Assembly: GCF_902652985.1 (NCBI RefSeq) | Contig: NC_047015.1 | Coordinates: 41,416,001-41,480,000 of the forward strand | Direction of reading: 5' to 3' | Source: Pecten maximus | Lineage: Eukaryota | Length of the DNA: 64,000 nucleotides | Shown: in pieces, positions 50,260 to 63,219 of the stretch | How positions within the stretch are numbered: position 1 is the stretch's first letter | Layout: every line of letters starts with the position of its first letter | Made by a program: the position numbers and the translations under genes | Notes under the pieces: generated by a model | Database searches by the model: none | Seen by the model: the letters and a program-made list of their open reading frames with translations, nothing else | Told to the model about the DNA's origin: nothing

Positions 50260-51311
50260 TGTGGTGAACCACTGTTGTGTGTTATGTTACCTGTCGTTCC
50301 GGACTGTCCGTCTTCTACTTTGTTTATTAGTCTCGACGTCAGGTAGACGTTTGTAAGTAATATACACCTAGGAGGTTTAGAAGCGTTCTAAAGATCCTGA
50401 TTTTATAATAGGTGGCGCTAGTTTCCCTTTCGCGAGAGTATAAAAGGCGGCGGTCGAAACTAGACAGCGTTCACTTCTTCGTCTGACACGAACGAGATAA
50501 GGCCGGACATTAAGGTAATAGTAAAGATATAGACGTGCCTGAACAAGGCTTCCCTATATCAAAGTACTGTATTGTGTATTTAATAACTTACGGTAGAGTA
50601 CGGAGGCAGATGTGCCTGAGTAAGGCTTACCTTCTCCGTGGGGACTCTAGTTAGTCTATGTGATCGGTACATCACATACGTTGTAAGTGTATTAATATCA
50701 ATAGTCTTGGGTCTGCTCGTGGTTTATAAGAAAGTGTCTGAAAGCCCCGAGTGTTGTACTGTACGTACATGCCTAACGTTAAATATATGCTAGGGAGTGC
50801 TCAGTAAGAAGTGAGTACTCAGTGAGTGCTCGGTAGAAGTGAGTGCTCGGTAGCAGTGAGTACTCAGTGAAGTGAGCGCTCGGTAAAAGTGAGCACTCAG
50901 TCAAAGTGAGTGCTCATTCGGTCAATGAGTGTTGAAACTCTCTTACCCTCATAGTAATTATAGTTGTATAATGTGATATTGCCCTGAATAAACCCCAGAT
51001 AGGGAAGGTTCATTTTGGTCAGGGAGCACTCATTATTTCATGTAGAATATCATTCTGTTCTGTTAATATAAATAACTCTCTGTTTAGGTATATTTGTATT
51101 TATACTGTAGGATTACTCAGAGGAACTGAGCAATCATTGTGTTATATTTCAATTGTATAGCTAGTTGGCACTTGATGTATATTACATAAACACAGCCAGG
51201 TCAACTGTATATTTCTGTATATTTTTGCACTGAGGACTCGAGTAAAACTAATTATATGTTAGACAATATGGATCATCAGTAGTGACTGATACGAACCCTG
51301 TAAACGTCACA
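50260..51311 (+). repeat. 3' LTR, 1052 bp, uninterrupted
   Basis: TGTGGTGAACC...AAACGTCACA; AATAAA at 50987. Confidence 0.96.
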
Positions 51312-52180
51312 CATACACAATACTGTACGCTTATTACCGTGTTATAAAGGAGAATCGTAGTTACCATACACAATACTGTACGCTTATTACCGTGTTATAA
51401 AGGAGAATCGTAGTTACCATACACAATACTGTACGCTTATTACCGTGTTACAAAGGAGAATCGTAGTCACAATACACAATACTGTACGCTTATTACCGTG
51501 TTACAAAGGAGAATCGTAGTTACCATACACAATACTGTACGCTTATAACCCTGTAACAAAGGAGAATCGTAGTTACCATACACAATACTGTACGCTTATT
51601 ACCCTGTAACAAAGGAGAATCGTAGTTACCATACACAATACTGTACGCTTATTACTGTGTAACAAAGGAGAATCGTAGTTACCATACACAATACTGTACG
51701 CTTATTACCCTGTAACAAAGGAGAATCGTAGTTACCATACACAATACTGTACGCTTATTACCGTGTTACAAAGGAGAATCGTAGTTACCATACACAATAT
51801 TGTACGCTTATAACCCTGTAACAAAGGAGAATCGTAGTTACCATACACAATACTGTACGCTTATTACCGTGTAACAAAGGAGAATCGTAGTTACCAAACA
51901 CAATACTGTACGCTTATCACCGTGTTACAAAGGAGAATCGTAGTTACCATACACAATACTGTACGCTTATAACCTTGTAAAAAAGGAGAATCGTAGTTAC
52001 CATACACAATAGTGTACGCTTATAACCCTGTAACAAAGGAGAATCGTAGTTACCATACACAATACTGTACGCTTATAACCCTGTAACAAAGGAGAATCGT
52101 AGTTACCATACACAATACTGTACGCTTATTACCGTGTAACAAAGGAGAATCGTACTTATCATACACAATGCTGGACGCTA
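51312..52180. repeat. 53-bp minisatellite, right arm
   Basis: Same unit resumes in register after the duplicated CATA. Confidence 0.97.
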
Positions 52181-54277
52181 ACGGGTTCCCATGCCATTTG
52201 CTCACCATACATCTTGCTGTCATATCGACTATAACAACATTAAAACCACTGTTCAATACTTATATTTACATTACATTGTTGCATTTTTGTCAACTTTGAA
52301 AAAAAAAATAAACCAACACAAATAATCCCGCCTTTTTAAATATAACATGACCGACTAGGTGTTATAGCCTGGGGGACTGGGTGTTATAGGCATATGGTGA
52401 CAACTGTCTCTTAGCATTGTGTCAATGGGGAAAATGCGGAGCAAATGTAAATATTACCGTGTTAACGAAAGAAAATCGTAGTTACATTACAATTCGGTAG
52501 GTCCTACAGGAATGCATGAGTTACCGCTCGTCCGACTCACACCCATCTGACTGATCAATCCAGGAAAACAGTGCTTTAAAACCCGAAAACAGATATCTAC
52601 ATAACATATTTACGGTACAATGTTGTGTATCGCTATGTCCTAGACCTATAACACTATTTATAGGAAGAAATAATTATTTAATGAATATGCAATCTACATT
52701 TATTGTCGCTTTATGTGCAACTTATATCTTGGAAAAACGACAACAGTTATAGAAGTCGTAGGTGTTTCAGTATATTTAGTTGAATGATACTACTCTTACG
52801 TGTTAATGATTAGAAAATACTACGATTATTTATGTTCTCCAATTATTACGGTCTAGATTCTAAATTAATTGATATCACCACAACCTGACATGTGTAATAA
52901 CACAAATGGGCTCCTCCTTAATTCAGTATTCGTTAACGAGCAAACCTAGACATGCGCTGTTACATTCCTTCTCTTACCAATGGTGGTAACCTGTTTTAAC
53001 CGACACTGTACTATAGTAAGTAGTTATTGATTTTAAATAAATGTTTCCAATGCAATTCCATTACATTTATTCCAGAAAATGTTTTCAAATTAGGATCGAC
53101 GACTAAACTTTCCGACCTGTCCGATATGAGTGCCACCAGACACAACCTAGCAGAGAGAATGTTCTCTATGATTAACGGTGGCGAAACTGTTTGTTTTCCT
53201 TGCTGGCCTCCTCTCGCGTTGTTACCGTCCAAGTTTCTCTGTTTTAGGTACTGTCGTATTTCAAAGCTGTTTTGTTGTTTTTGCTAAAAACGGCAAGATG
53301 AGAATAAGTGTGTAATGATGTTCCTGGTATAAATCGATAATCAAATATATTTTTCTTTGAGAATAAAAAATAACATTATATTAACCTTATTTTGTCACTT
53401 TATATTTTTGCATTCTTTAGTGGTAAAACGACTGATTACAAATATTTGATATCGTTGCAAAAAATATTGACTGTAAGGAATCCATTGGGAGATACTAAGT
53501 AGCACTAACTGAACACAATACAAGCTTGATTTTTTTCTTGATAGTAACTCATTCATAGCATGTTTAAACATATGTATGCCATATATATCACAATATTTGT
53601 CTACTGTAGGACTCGAACTAGTGACTGTTTGCTCCCTTAATAGACACCCTAGAACTAAGTCAAATATACCAGTAAGCTATTATGCGATATTTTACCCTAC
53701 ATACAACAGAACCGTTTCTAGATTCTAATTCGTGTCGTAACCATGGACATGATCAGTTTTCATCATTAAATCTTAGATAAACTGACTGCACAGTAGTAGA
53801 TAGAACACAACAAACATTTGCCGAGGTGTAATTTGATTTTATTCCACGCGCTATTTCATTGAATGATTGTTGTCATGGTAACTGATCATGCCTACCGAAA
53901 TTAACAAGTGAATTAGGTTGCCATGGTTATTGGTCGATCAGGTTATCATAAAAATGTATTCAAATTCATTAGAGCGGGTTGTGTTATCATTTTTGTAGTC
54001 TACCATACGTGCTTTTTTACACTAAATTACACTGTCATTAAACGACTGCATTATTAATTATGTACCTGGGTATATCAGATTGTTAATATTTTTGTGTTCA
54101 GGAATATAGATTCAAGATAGTATTTCATTAAAACGTTTTCTGAGAACAACAAGCTATTTAATATCCATTACAGAAAAAAGATACGTATGGTACCAAGGGG
54201 CTTAGGAGTCATTGTTTGATATCATTACTCGGTGGTTAAAAACTCAACAGAAAGATTCAAAGTTGTATCTAATTGTA

Positions 54278-56557
54278 TTTGCCGCCTATATAACGAACAT
54301 TTAAGTGTATCTGTCGCCTATATAACCAACATTTAAGTGTATCTGTCACCTATATAACCAACATTTAAGTGTATCTGTCACCTATATAACCAACATCTAA
54401 GTGTATCTGTCACCTATATAACCAACATTTAAGTGTATCTGTCGCCTATGTAACCAACATCTAAGTGTATCTGTCGCCTATATAACCAACATTTAAGTGT
54501 ATTTGTCGCCTATATAACCAACATTTAAGTGTATCTGTCGCCTATATAACTAACATTTAAGTGTATCTGTCGCCTATATAACCAACATTTAAGTGTATCT
54601 GTCGCCTATGTGAGGTTCCATTTTTCTTGTGTTATAATCTTGTATTATTTGTTTCCTAATAGTCAGGTGAGTTTATTGATTTATTGTGTCTGGTCGGTTT
54701 GGTCAGGTTCTCTGTAGTCTCTATAGTCTCTATAATGATAATAATATGGAGTATAGGTTCTAATTGACAGTGGAGAGATAAGGGTCCAGTTAATTAGTTG
54801 GATGAGTCTTATCAGTAGTAGGATTATTTAGACTGGTGTAATAGTCTTAAGGTCCATAGAGTGAATAGGTAGTTATTTCTATAGGTTATACATGTAGTTA
54901 AGGATAGTCATAATAAAGTAGAAGCTAGAGTACACTGTAGTTACTTAGTGCCTAGTGTTTATATATAGATATGAGGTCATTAGTGTAGATTTAGTAGGTC
55001 TTGTTATATATATAGCTATGAGGTCATTGGTGTTGACTGAATAGGTCTTGTTATATATATAGCTATGAGGTCATTGGTGCGGACAGAGTAGGTCCAGATA
55101 TATTTAGTATGAGGTCATCTAGGAAGGGGGATGGATGATGTCATTCTAAGAATAGAGAGATAGCAGGAGTAATTATAAGGGGTTGAGACAAAAACAGAGG
55201 GGAGTTGAGAGTAGGGAGTTCTTAGAGTAAAGAGATAGAGAGAGGTAGTGTTATAGTGGAGAGTAGGGAGTTCTTAGAGTAAAGAGATAGAGAGAGGTAG
55301 TGTTATAGCGGAGAGTAGATTTGGACTTGGGGAAAACTGGAGAAGTTTGGATTCACTTTCCAGGATTCAGTGTAGTTTATAGTTGAATTGTAGCTTAGTT
55401 TAGTGCTTTAGTTTTATGTAGTTATTTAGTGACAACTTGAGATGACTTTACTTTACTTTTGGATTACTTTACTTTACTTTTGGGATTACTTTACTTTACT
55501 TTTGGGATTACTTTACTTTACTTTTGGATTACTTTACTCGTGAGATTTATTTATCTTTATATTGGGATTTATCGGAAAAGCCTGGAAGACACATTGGAAG
55601 TTATTAAATTGATTGGCAAGTAATTTTAATAAACCTTGTTGTTCTGAAATAAACGTATACTTAAATAAAACTGAAGGAATTTTATATACCGGAGTATGTT
55701 GTGTTTAATTTCCTCAATTCTTATGAGGTGGTGTCAGAAGAAATAAAGGGCTTATAGAAACCTAACACCTATATAACCAACATTTAAGTGTATCTGTCGC
55801 CTATATAACCAATATTTAAGTGTATCTGTCGCCTATATGACCAACAATTAAGTGTACCTGTTGCCTATATAACCAACATGTAAGTGTACCTGTCGCCTAT
55901 ATAACTAACATTTAAGTGTATCTGTCGCCTGTGTGACCAATATTTAAGTGTATCTGTCGCCTATATAACCAACATTTAAGTGTATCTGTCGCCTATATAA
56001 CCAACATTTAAGTGTACCTGTCGCCTATATAACCAATATTTAAGTGTATCTGTCGCCTATATAACCAATATTTAAGTGTATCTGTCGCCTATATAACCAA
56101 CATTTAAGTGTATCTGTCGCCTATATAACTAACATTTAAGTGTATCTGTCGCCTATGTGACCAACATTTAAGTGTATCTGTCGCCTATGTGACCAACATT
56201 TAAGTGTATCTGTCGCCTATATAACCAACATTTAAGTGTATCTGTCGCCTATATATAACCAACATTTAAGTGTATCTGTCGCCTATATAACCAACATTTA
56301 AGTGTATCTGTCGCCTATATAACCAACATTTAAGTGTATTTGTCGCCTGCGTGACCAACATTTAAGTGTATTTGTCACCTATATAACCAACATTTAAGTG
56401 TATTTGTCACCTATATAACCAACATTTAAGTGTATCTGTCGCCTGCGTGACCAACATCTAAGTGTATCTGTCGCCTGCGTGACCAACATCTAAGTGTATC
56501 TGTCGCCTATATAACCAACATTTAAGTGTATTTGTCGCCTGCGTGATCAACATTTAA
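54278..56557. repeat. 32-bp minisatellite split by a solo LTR
   Basis: Unit TGTATCTGTCGCCTATATAACCAACATTTAAG on both sides of 54609-55767. Confidence 0.95.
54609..55767 (+). mobile_element. Solo LTR (1159 bp) of a second, probably Gypsy, family
   Basis: TGTGAGGTT...AACCTAACA terminal inverted ends, 4-bp TSD CCTA (54605-08, 55768-71), internal direct repeats, AATAAA motifs near the 3' end, no coding sequence. Confidence 0.88.
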
Positions 56558-57445
56558 GAGAAGGCACCACACTCCAATAAAGAGACTATATCGTATCAAA
56601 ACTCGATATTCTATTTTTAGTAATGGTGACCCTGACCTTTAGACCCATAAAACATTCGACAACAAACGTTCACAGTATGAAGATGGAACCTTCTAAACGA
56701 TGCACTATGTAGGACAAGAGTCGTATTTGCCGATGGCCATGTTTGCCAAAAAACCAAATGACCTTAATTAACTTGACACAAAGCAAAAAGACTTCTGACA
56801 TTTTCAATGGATCAGCGATCAATTAAAGAACTGCTAAGTTGCAGAAATACCCACATGCATCGTGAATATTTTTAGTTAGAGTATTACATGTATATGTGTG
56901 TCACATGATGGCTAACATACAGTTGTAACGAGAAAAGCATACTAATGTTAACTTTACTGAAACTATCATGTTTAGGTAGCGGGGATAAAACTTTGTAGAT
57001 ACAATGTACCAGAAAATATTGTGTTCTACTTTCTGTACTGTCATTTTGTTACTGTACGTAATAAAAACACCTAAATAAGGTATATTTTCTAGTACTAATA
57101 CTGTAGACCATATGACTACAGGTTAAGATTTTACAACATACATGTACATGGAAGACAAAAACAAAGCATTGCGAGGTCTATGCTCACCATCATTGGATTG
57201 GTCGGATGTGTCCAATTTTTGTGTGTATGCCTAGTTGTTCCGTTGTGATCACCGTAGTTCTGTTTGTTAGATTATCACTTAGCCTGGATTATTTGACCTA
57301 GATTTCTACGGCGGGTGTCGCCTTGACCTAGATTTCTATGGCAATGTCGTTAATGAAGCAAAAGACGCTTATACTTCAGAAACACCTGGTTACATTCTCC
57401 TTACACTTTTTCCTGAGTCTGCATGTAAATTTGTAAATTTGTTCG

Positions 57446-57612
57446 TATGGTGGTCGAGTGGTGCATTGGTAACACACTTGCCTTTCACCTAGGCGTGGGT
57501 TTTCCCTGGATGCTCCGGTTTCCACCCAGAGTCAGGTGCTTCAATCCCGGCCAACAAGTGTGATTAATGTAAATTGATATGAATTGTTTCGCAATTTTTG
57601 TAAAATAAATAT
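57446..57612 (+). mobile_element. Degenerate tRNA-derived SINE (V-SINE-like)
   Basis: TGGTCGAGTGGT A-box-like head, GTGGGTTTTCCCTGGATGCTCCGGTTTCC core, AAATAAATA tail. Confidence 0.55.
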
Positions 57613-59016
57613 AGTTATGATTTAATTTTGTTCGCATTTTGCCCTTATTCTGTTGATTTTAAGTTTGAACTGGTGTTTCAATTTGATGAGGAATTTCCCT
57701 GTTGTTTGTTTTACAGTAAGATGATAATTCGGGTTGTAGGTAAGGAATGTTATACAAAACAACCTTGTGCTGTAACAAAGTATTACATTAATAATATCGG
57801 ACATACATTTACACCTAAAGTTGGTGATAATAGAGGGTCGATGTGTGATCAATAACAATGTACACCAATGAGTACATCAAACTACGTACACAACATGTGT
57901 ACATCTATTACATTAGGTCGGTACTCATAGTGACGTCATCGGGGAATACCACGAATTCAGTGTTAATATCAACGGATTGTTTTGTGACAGATACTTATCT
58001 CCTTTTGTCCACGTGATTCGACGTTAATAAAATTAGGCTATCAGTTCCATTGGGATATGAAATTTATATTATTGCTGAATTGTAAAAATGGCAAGATGCC
58101 ATCATCGTATTTTGCGTCATATTGTAAAATGATAAAACAACCCATAGATTTCGGTTAGTGATTTAGTCATATTACCGATATGTTTGAAAACAAAAATGGA
58201 TGAATATCATATAAGGCAAGCGTTTCAAAAACAAGGTTTTGTTTAATAAAGGAAAACGAGGCCATTGTTTTAGTCATTTAGGCATTGGTGTCATTTTTTT
58301 TTCGTTTCATCGGGGTATGAAACAAATTTTGTTTGCGAACTGTATGAATCCGCGTAAAATAATATTGGCATCAACGCTTATAATTAATTTTTGAAATTGA
58401 TTTTCTAATTTAAAAAAATGTTTTATGTACAAGTTTACTGGTTTTAAATGGGATTCTTTTTCTCAAATCAATACGCAACGTCAATTGTCGTATTGTGATG
58501 TCACATTTTTCGCGCCATTCTCGGAATTTCTTTCATAGAAGAATGAAAAGAATTTTTCGACCAATCACATTTGAGTATTTACAATGAAAACAAAGAAAAA
58601 TTAATTATTGTTAGTTATATAATTATCTATCTTATTATCGATAGTCCTTCTTGACTTCTATGTTCACAGGCTTTAATTAAAAGGAATGGCATCAGCCATT
58701 CATTACACAGAAGAAGGATTGCTGAGAGTTTTAACAGCTGAACGGTTTAAACATTGACGTAACTCATGTAGATCTAAAACTATGTGTGTGTTTCTCCTCT
58801 GATCACAGTAAGTACATTATAGTGAAATATATCATAATCCATACATAAACGGTTTAAAACACAAATGCATACATTATGTAACAAACATTTAGTCGCCATC
58901 TGGATACTGCTATATCACTTGACAGTGTGTACTACTAGTCATGCCAGTTAACAGTGCCTCTTGTCCATAGACTCCATTGTTCAATGTAGATTATAGTCAA
59001 TGATACTTTTAGGAGA

Positions 59017-59274
59017 TCAGTAGACATTTAGTATTGTCCGTAAACTCCACTGTACAATGTAGACTATAGACAATGATACTGCCAGTAGATTACTAGACAG
59101 TTTATAATGTCCCTCACATCCGTTGCCTATATTACACAGTTTGGTACGACAACACGAGTGACACCTTTCCTCGTCCACATCCTCTCCCCAGATACCACAG
59201 TGGTTCTTACACACGGACGTACAGCCCCTAGTTAGGCTCATCAGGTCACCATACTGGGAGTCTACTCGTAACAC
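59017..59274 (-). CDS. Ly6/uPAR three-finger protein B (LYPD6-like), last coding exon
   Basis: Acceptor ttacAG|GTG; RGC-x3-C-x3-C-x11-C-x2-CC-x4-CN then hydrophobic tail LLAVSLSIVYIV; same intron position and phase as gene A. Confidence 0.88.
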   Translation of the reverse strand: MLRVDSQYGDLMSLTRGCTSVCKNHCGIWGEDVDEERCHSCCRTKLCNIGNGCEGHYKLSSNLLAVSLSIVYIVQWSLRTILNVY

Positions 59275-59369
59275 CTGTAATACACAAAATTCACATCTTA
59301 CATGTGACATTTCACCAGCGAAATAAAATCACGAAACAAGTTATATCAGCTTTTGTTAATCATTTTTCT

Positions 59370-59500
59370 GTCCCCGGATTTAAGCGTGCAAGGGATCTTA
59401 TCGTGGAAGGAAACCGGAGTTCACGGAGAAAACCCATGTGATCAGGCAGGTGATCAGGGAATCGAACCCCATTGGCTTAAGTAAAAAAGCGAGTGCTTAT
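59370..59500 (-). mobile_element. SINE fragment (V-SINE-like)
   Basis: Minus-strand GGGTTCGATTCCC B-box and GGGTTTTCTCCGTGAACTCCGGTTTCC core. Confidence 0.55.
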
Positions 59501-59866
59501 TTCCAGAATGTATCGACCAATCCGAGAACAGAATTAAATTATTAAAAATAGTAAATAATGGACATTGTCAATTATGATATGACCTTGGCACAGACATGTT
59601 TTGATGTCGGAATGTGACATTCATTATCCCACAATTTCTGACATAAGATATCTGTTGATAAGATAGTGTATCAGTTTAAAGGAAAGCCTAATTAAAAATG
59701 CAATATTAACACTTGCCTGTAGATGAAGCTAGCAAAACTCAATGTATGTAGTCATCGATATTTAGGTGTAGTGAGGCTTTCGCAAAAATATCAGATATTA
59801 ATGTATACAGAACAAATTATCTAAAAATCACTACAAAGTAGCGCTTGAAAAAACAAATTATTTATA

Positions 59867-60308
59867 AGGGAACAACCAACCAATTGAAAAAATTAATTTT
59901 TGAAACATCCCCTGTGTATAGAAAGTTGAGCCAAGGATAAAATGTCTGGCAGCCACTGATTGGCCAGTATGTTATGAAGTAAGAAAATAGATATGTAGCC
60001 TGATAGGTAACTATCCATAAGAAATGTTGATATAAACGTAAGTCCGATTGAATTGTTTCCCAAAAGTTCAGGTAATAATAATTAACTGGTAAACATTTCA
60101 AATTTTTGAAAAGTTTTACTGCGAAATTCACCCATTTTCAAAATGGCTACCATGGAGAAAATTTGAGCTGAAGGACTCCACTTTGTTTTGATTATGTGTT
60201 ATATGAGACCCTAAACTTTTGTTATAAACCATAATTGTCATATTGAATTCAAGAATACAAAACGTTAACACCAAAGTCTATGGAAAAATAATTGGTTGGT
60301 TGGTCCCT
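59867..60308. mobile_element. MITE, about 440 bp
   Basis: TIRs AGGGAACAACCAACCAATT / AATTGGTTGGTTGGTCCCT (18/19), ATA on both flanks. Confidence 0.7.
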
Positions 60309-61306
60309 ATAAGATACCTCATTTCAAATTTGTAAAAGGGTAAACAATTCAGTTATGAAAATAATAATAAAAAAAAGCAAAAAAAAAAAAAAAAAAAAAC
60401 CCAACTTATTCCAGGCAGACTGGAAATATGAATTTTGTCGTCTGCATTATATATTGACTTCTCATGACTGCAGCTGAGGCCGATTCATTCGGGTTTTCTT
60501 TGTTAGTCGGGCTGAACCAAGGCTTCCACGAAATTGAGTTCGGGAGAGTGGAAGAATAATTGAAAGGGCACTATACGAGTCTAATGACTTGGACATGCTA
60601 CCGCTCGGTCTCCTCACCACTTTGTCATTCGTTACCTGAGAGTGTAGCTACGTGATTCTCCCGCAGTATAACCGTAGAACAAACCGTTATGATACACTTC
60701 GATACATATACTAACACATATCAAGAAAACAAAATCTTGATTAGGTTTTTCTTTGACCTGTTTTGTTTACTCTTGTCGTTATTGACACACCAAGCAGCAC
60801 CGACTGGTGGATGATTCGGCTATTCTATTAAACTCAATGCTGTTAAACCATGTGTGTATGTAGACATTTATTTTAGATGTTTTATGGAATGTCATACAGA
60901 AAAAATCCTTAAATAACAGTATTACGTTTGTGATTAGAATATGTTTCTTATTTTATTCGTGTTAATTTAATATCACCATATCAAAATATTTATCTCAAAA
61001 CTTAATTCGATTATCGTGTCGTTGGCGTGATATGACACCACCTTCATTCACATCTGAAACGATTAACATGGTAAAAAACAATAAAGACAATACGACGAAT
61101 AATGATATAGGTAATAATAAAGAAACCATAATAAGATATTCTATTTTAAGTGCGGTAATGAGAAACCACATCTTTAGCAATACTCCATCAAAATGTGCGT
61201 AATCAATACATTGTACATTGCCAAGTAGAATGATACATAATGGGGTATTTGGACGACAGTAAAACCGATAGGATGAGTGCACTGGTTCATTAAAAAACCT
61301 TCTTAC

Positions 61307-61431
61307 CCGACAGAAAGGTTCATCTGGAGCACACGTGACCACTTCTGTTTCATTAGGTGAATTGACACAGGGGTCACTTGACACTGTAGTCGTGCATGTG
61401 TAACATGTCAGGTTATAAGCATAGACTCGGT
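61307..61431 (-). CDS. Ly6/uPAR three-finger protein B, middle exon (first exon not located in window)
   Basis: Acceptor attacAG, donor CGG|GTAAGA; encodes RVYAYNLTCYTC...DPC...TCAPDEPFCR; phase 1/0 as in gene A. Confidence 0.85.
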
Positions 61432-61539
61432 CTGTAATTGAACAATATATGGGGATTAGGCTCGGTCTGTAGAGGAACAAAAATATATATTGTAGAGTAA
61501 TTTATACCAACTTTGTTGAAATATACAACACAACAACAA

Positions 61540-63219
61540 AACTGTTTTCAAACAGTATTTACGCATACAGACGATCGATAATTGCCGGAGATTTAAATGA
61601 TAGAAGTAGAACCAATTACTATACCTAATATTTCCCCAGAAGCGGCAAAGAAGAAACTGATAAAATCAAACATTTCGAAATCCTCACGACCGGACATGAT
61701 TCATCCTAGGGTTCTCAAAGAGGCTGGTAATGTCATAAGTCATCCATTATCGTTAATATCTAAAACATCCATAGAGACAGGGAAACTGAGGATTGGAAAT
61801 GTGTTAATATAACGGCAATATTTAAGAAAGGAGTTCGTAAGGAAGCTTCAAACTACAGACCAGTGAGCTTGACTAGTGTTGTTTGCAAGATACTTGAGTC
61901 ATTAATCAGAGAATAAATTATGATCCAAAAGCACAATTCAGCTTCATAAATGGTAGATCTACTGTTCCACAACTTCTTAATGTCATGGGGAGATGGATAG
62001 ATATTTTGGATAATGGAGGATGCGTGGATGTTATATACTGTGATTTAAGAAAGCCTTTGATAAAGTCCCTCATCAGCAACTCGTACATAAACTCTCAAAA
62101 TATGGAATTGCTGGCCAATTTTCCTCTTGGATTACAACCTTTTTACTTGGAAGAAAATAACGAGTCTCAGTGAACGGTGAAACATCACAATGGAATCCAG
62201 TAATAAGCGGTATACCACAAGGATCTGTGTTGGGACCACTTCTCTTTGTATTATATATAAATGATACGCTGACGTAATGAGCAATGAAACCGGAACTTAT
62301 CTTTTTGCCGACGACACGAAAGCATTTAGAACAATTAATAATGAACAGGATTGTAAAATTCTTCAGCAAGATATATTTTCGTAAAACAAATGGTCAGAAA
62401 CCTGGAAACTAAAATTCCATCCAGAAAAATGCAAAATGATGCGTGTCGGATATACAAATATGGATCCCTATAACTACAAACTGAAAGAAAGTGCTCAACC
62501 ATTTGTTGACTCAGAAAAAGATATCGGTGTCACCATAGATAATAACTTTACATTTGATAAACAGATCTGCGACAATGGAGTACATAAACCCCATACAGCT
62601 TTAAAATGTTATACACGGTTTTAGTAAGACCTCATATCGAGTATGCGGTCCAAGTCTGGTGTCTTCATCTGGTGAAATATATAGAAACAATAGAGAATGT
62701 TCAACGTCGAGCAACAAAACAAGTTCCTGGTCTGTCTAATCTGTCATACTCTGAACGTCTGCAAAAACTGTCACTACCAATGTTAGCATATAGACGGTCT
62801 CGTGGAGACATGATTGAGGTCTATAAAATCATCTCCGGAAAATATGACAAGGAAGTCGCAAAATTGTTTTCCGTAAATGTAGGGCAAATCACTCGCGGAC
62901 TTAACTTAAAAATACATAAAGGATTCTCAAGATTAGATGTCAGAAAATATTCTTTCACGCAGAGAATTGTGGATATGTGGAATAGTCTCCCATTTGATGT
63001 TGTAAATGCCATAATTAAACAATTCGAATAAAAACTTGATGAACATTTGAAAAATCAGCCACAAAAGTACTGTTTCAAAGAGAAAATCAAGCTGTGAACT
63101 AAACAATTATCTACTACTAAAAAGTATTTCAATAACTTTATTACGAGCTGACAATCAAAGGATGTAAATCCTGTACATATTTCATGAATGCTGTCAGAAT
63201 AAATCTATGTATCTATGTA
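61540..63219 (+). mobile_element. 5'-truncated, decayed CR1-clade LINE (RT and 3' end), antisense in an intron of gene B
   Basis: Frameshifted RT motifs [35 protein letters not shown]-terminal LVRPHIEYA and RRSRGDMIEVYK; tail AATAAA(TCTATGTA)2. Confidence 0.92.

Larger units (their letters stand above)
41045..51311 (+). mobile_element. Full-length Ty3/Gypsy LTR retrotransposon with an extra ORF3; defective copy
   Basis: Paired TG...CA LTRs, 4-bp TSD CATA (41041-44, 51312-15), PBS, gag-PR-RT-RH-IN domain order; one frameshift and one nonsense codon in pol. Confidence 0.97.

Noticed and set aside
39350-52180. CRISPR-like interpretation of the regular arrays
   Set aside because: Units are head-to-tail with no unique spacers, no cas genes, eukaryotic context.
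53011-53290. Short overlapping ORFs of 73 and 86 aa
   Set aside because: No recognisable motif or splice support.
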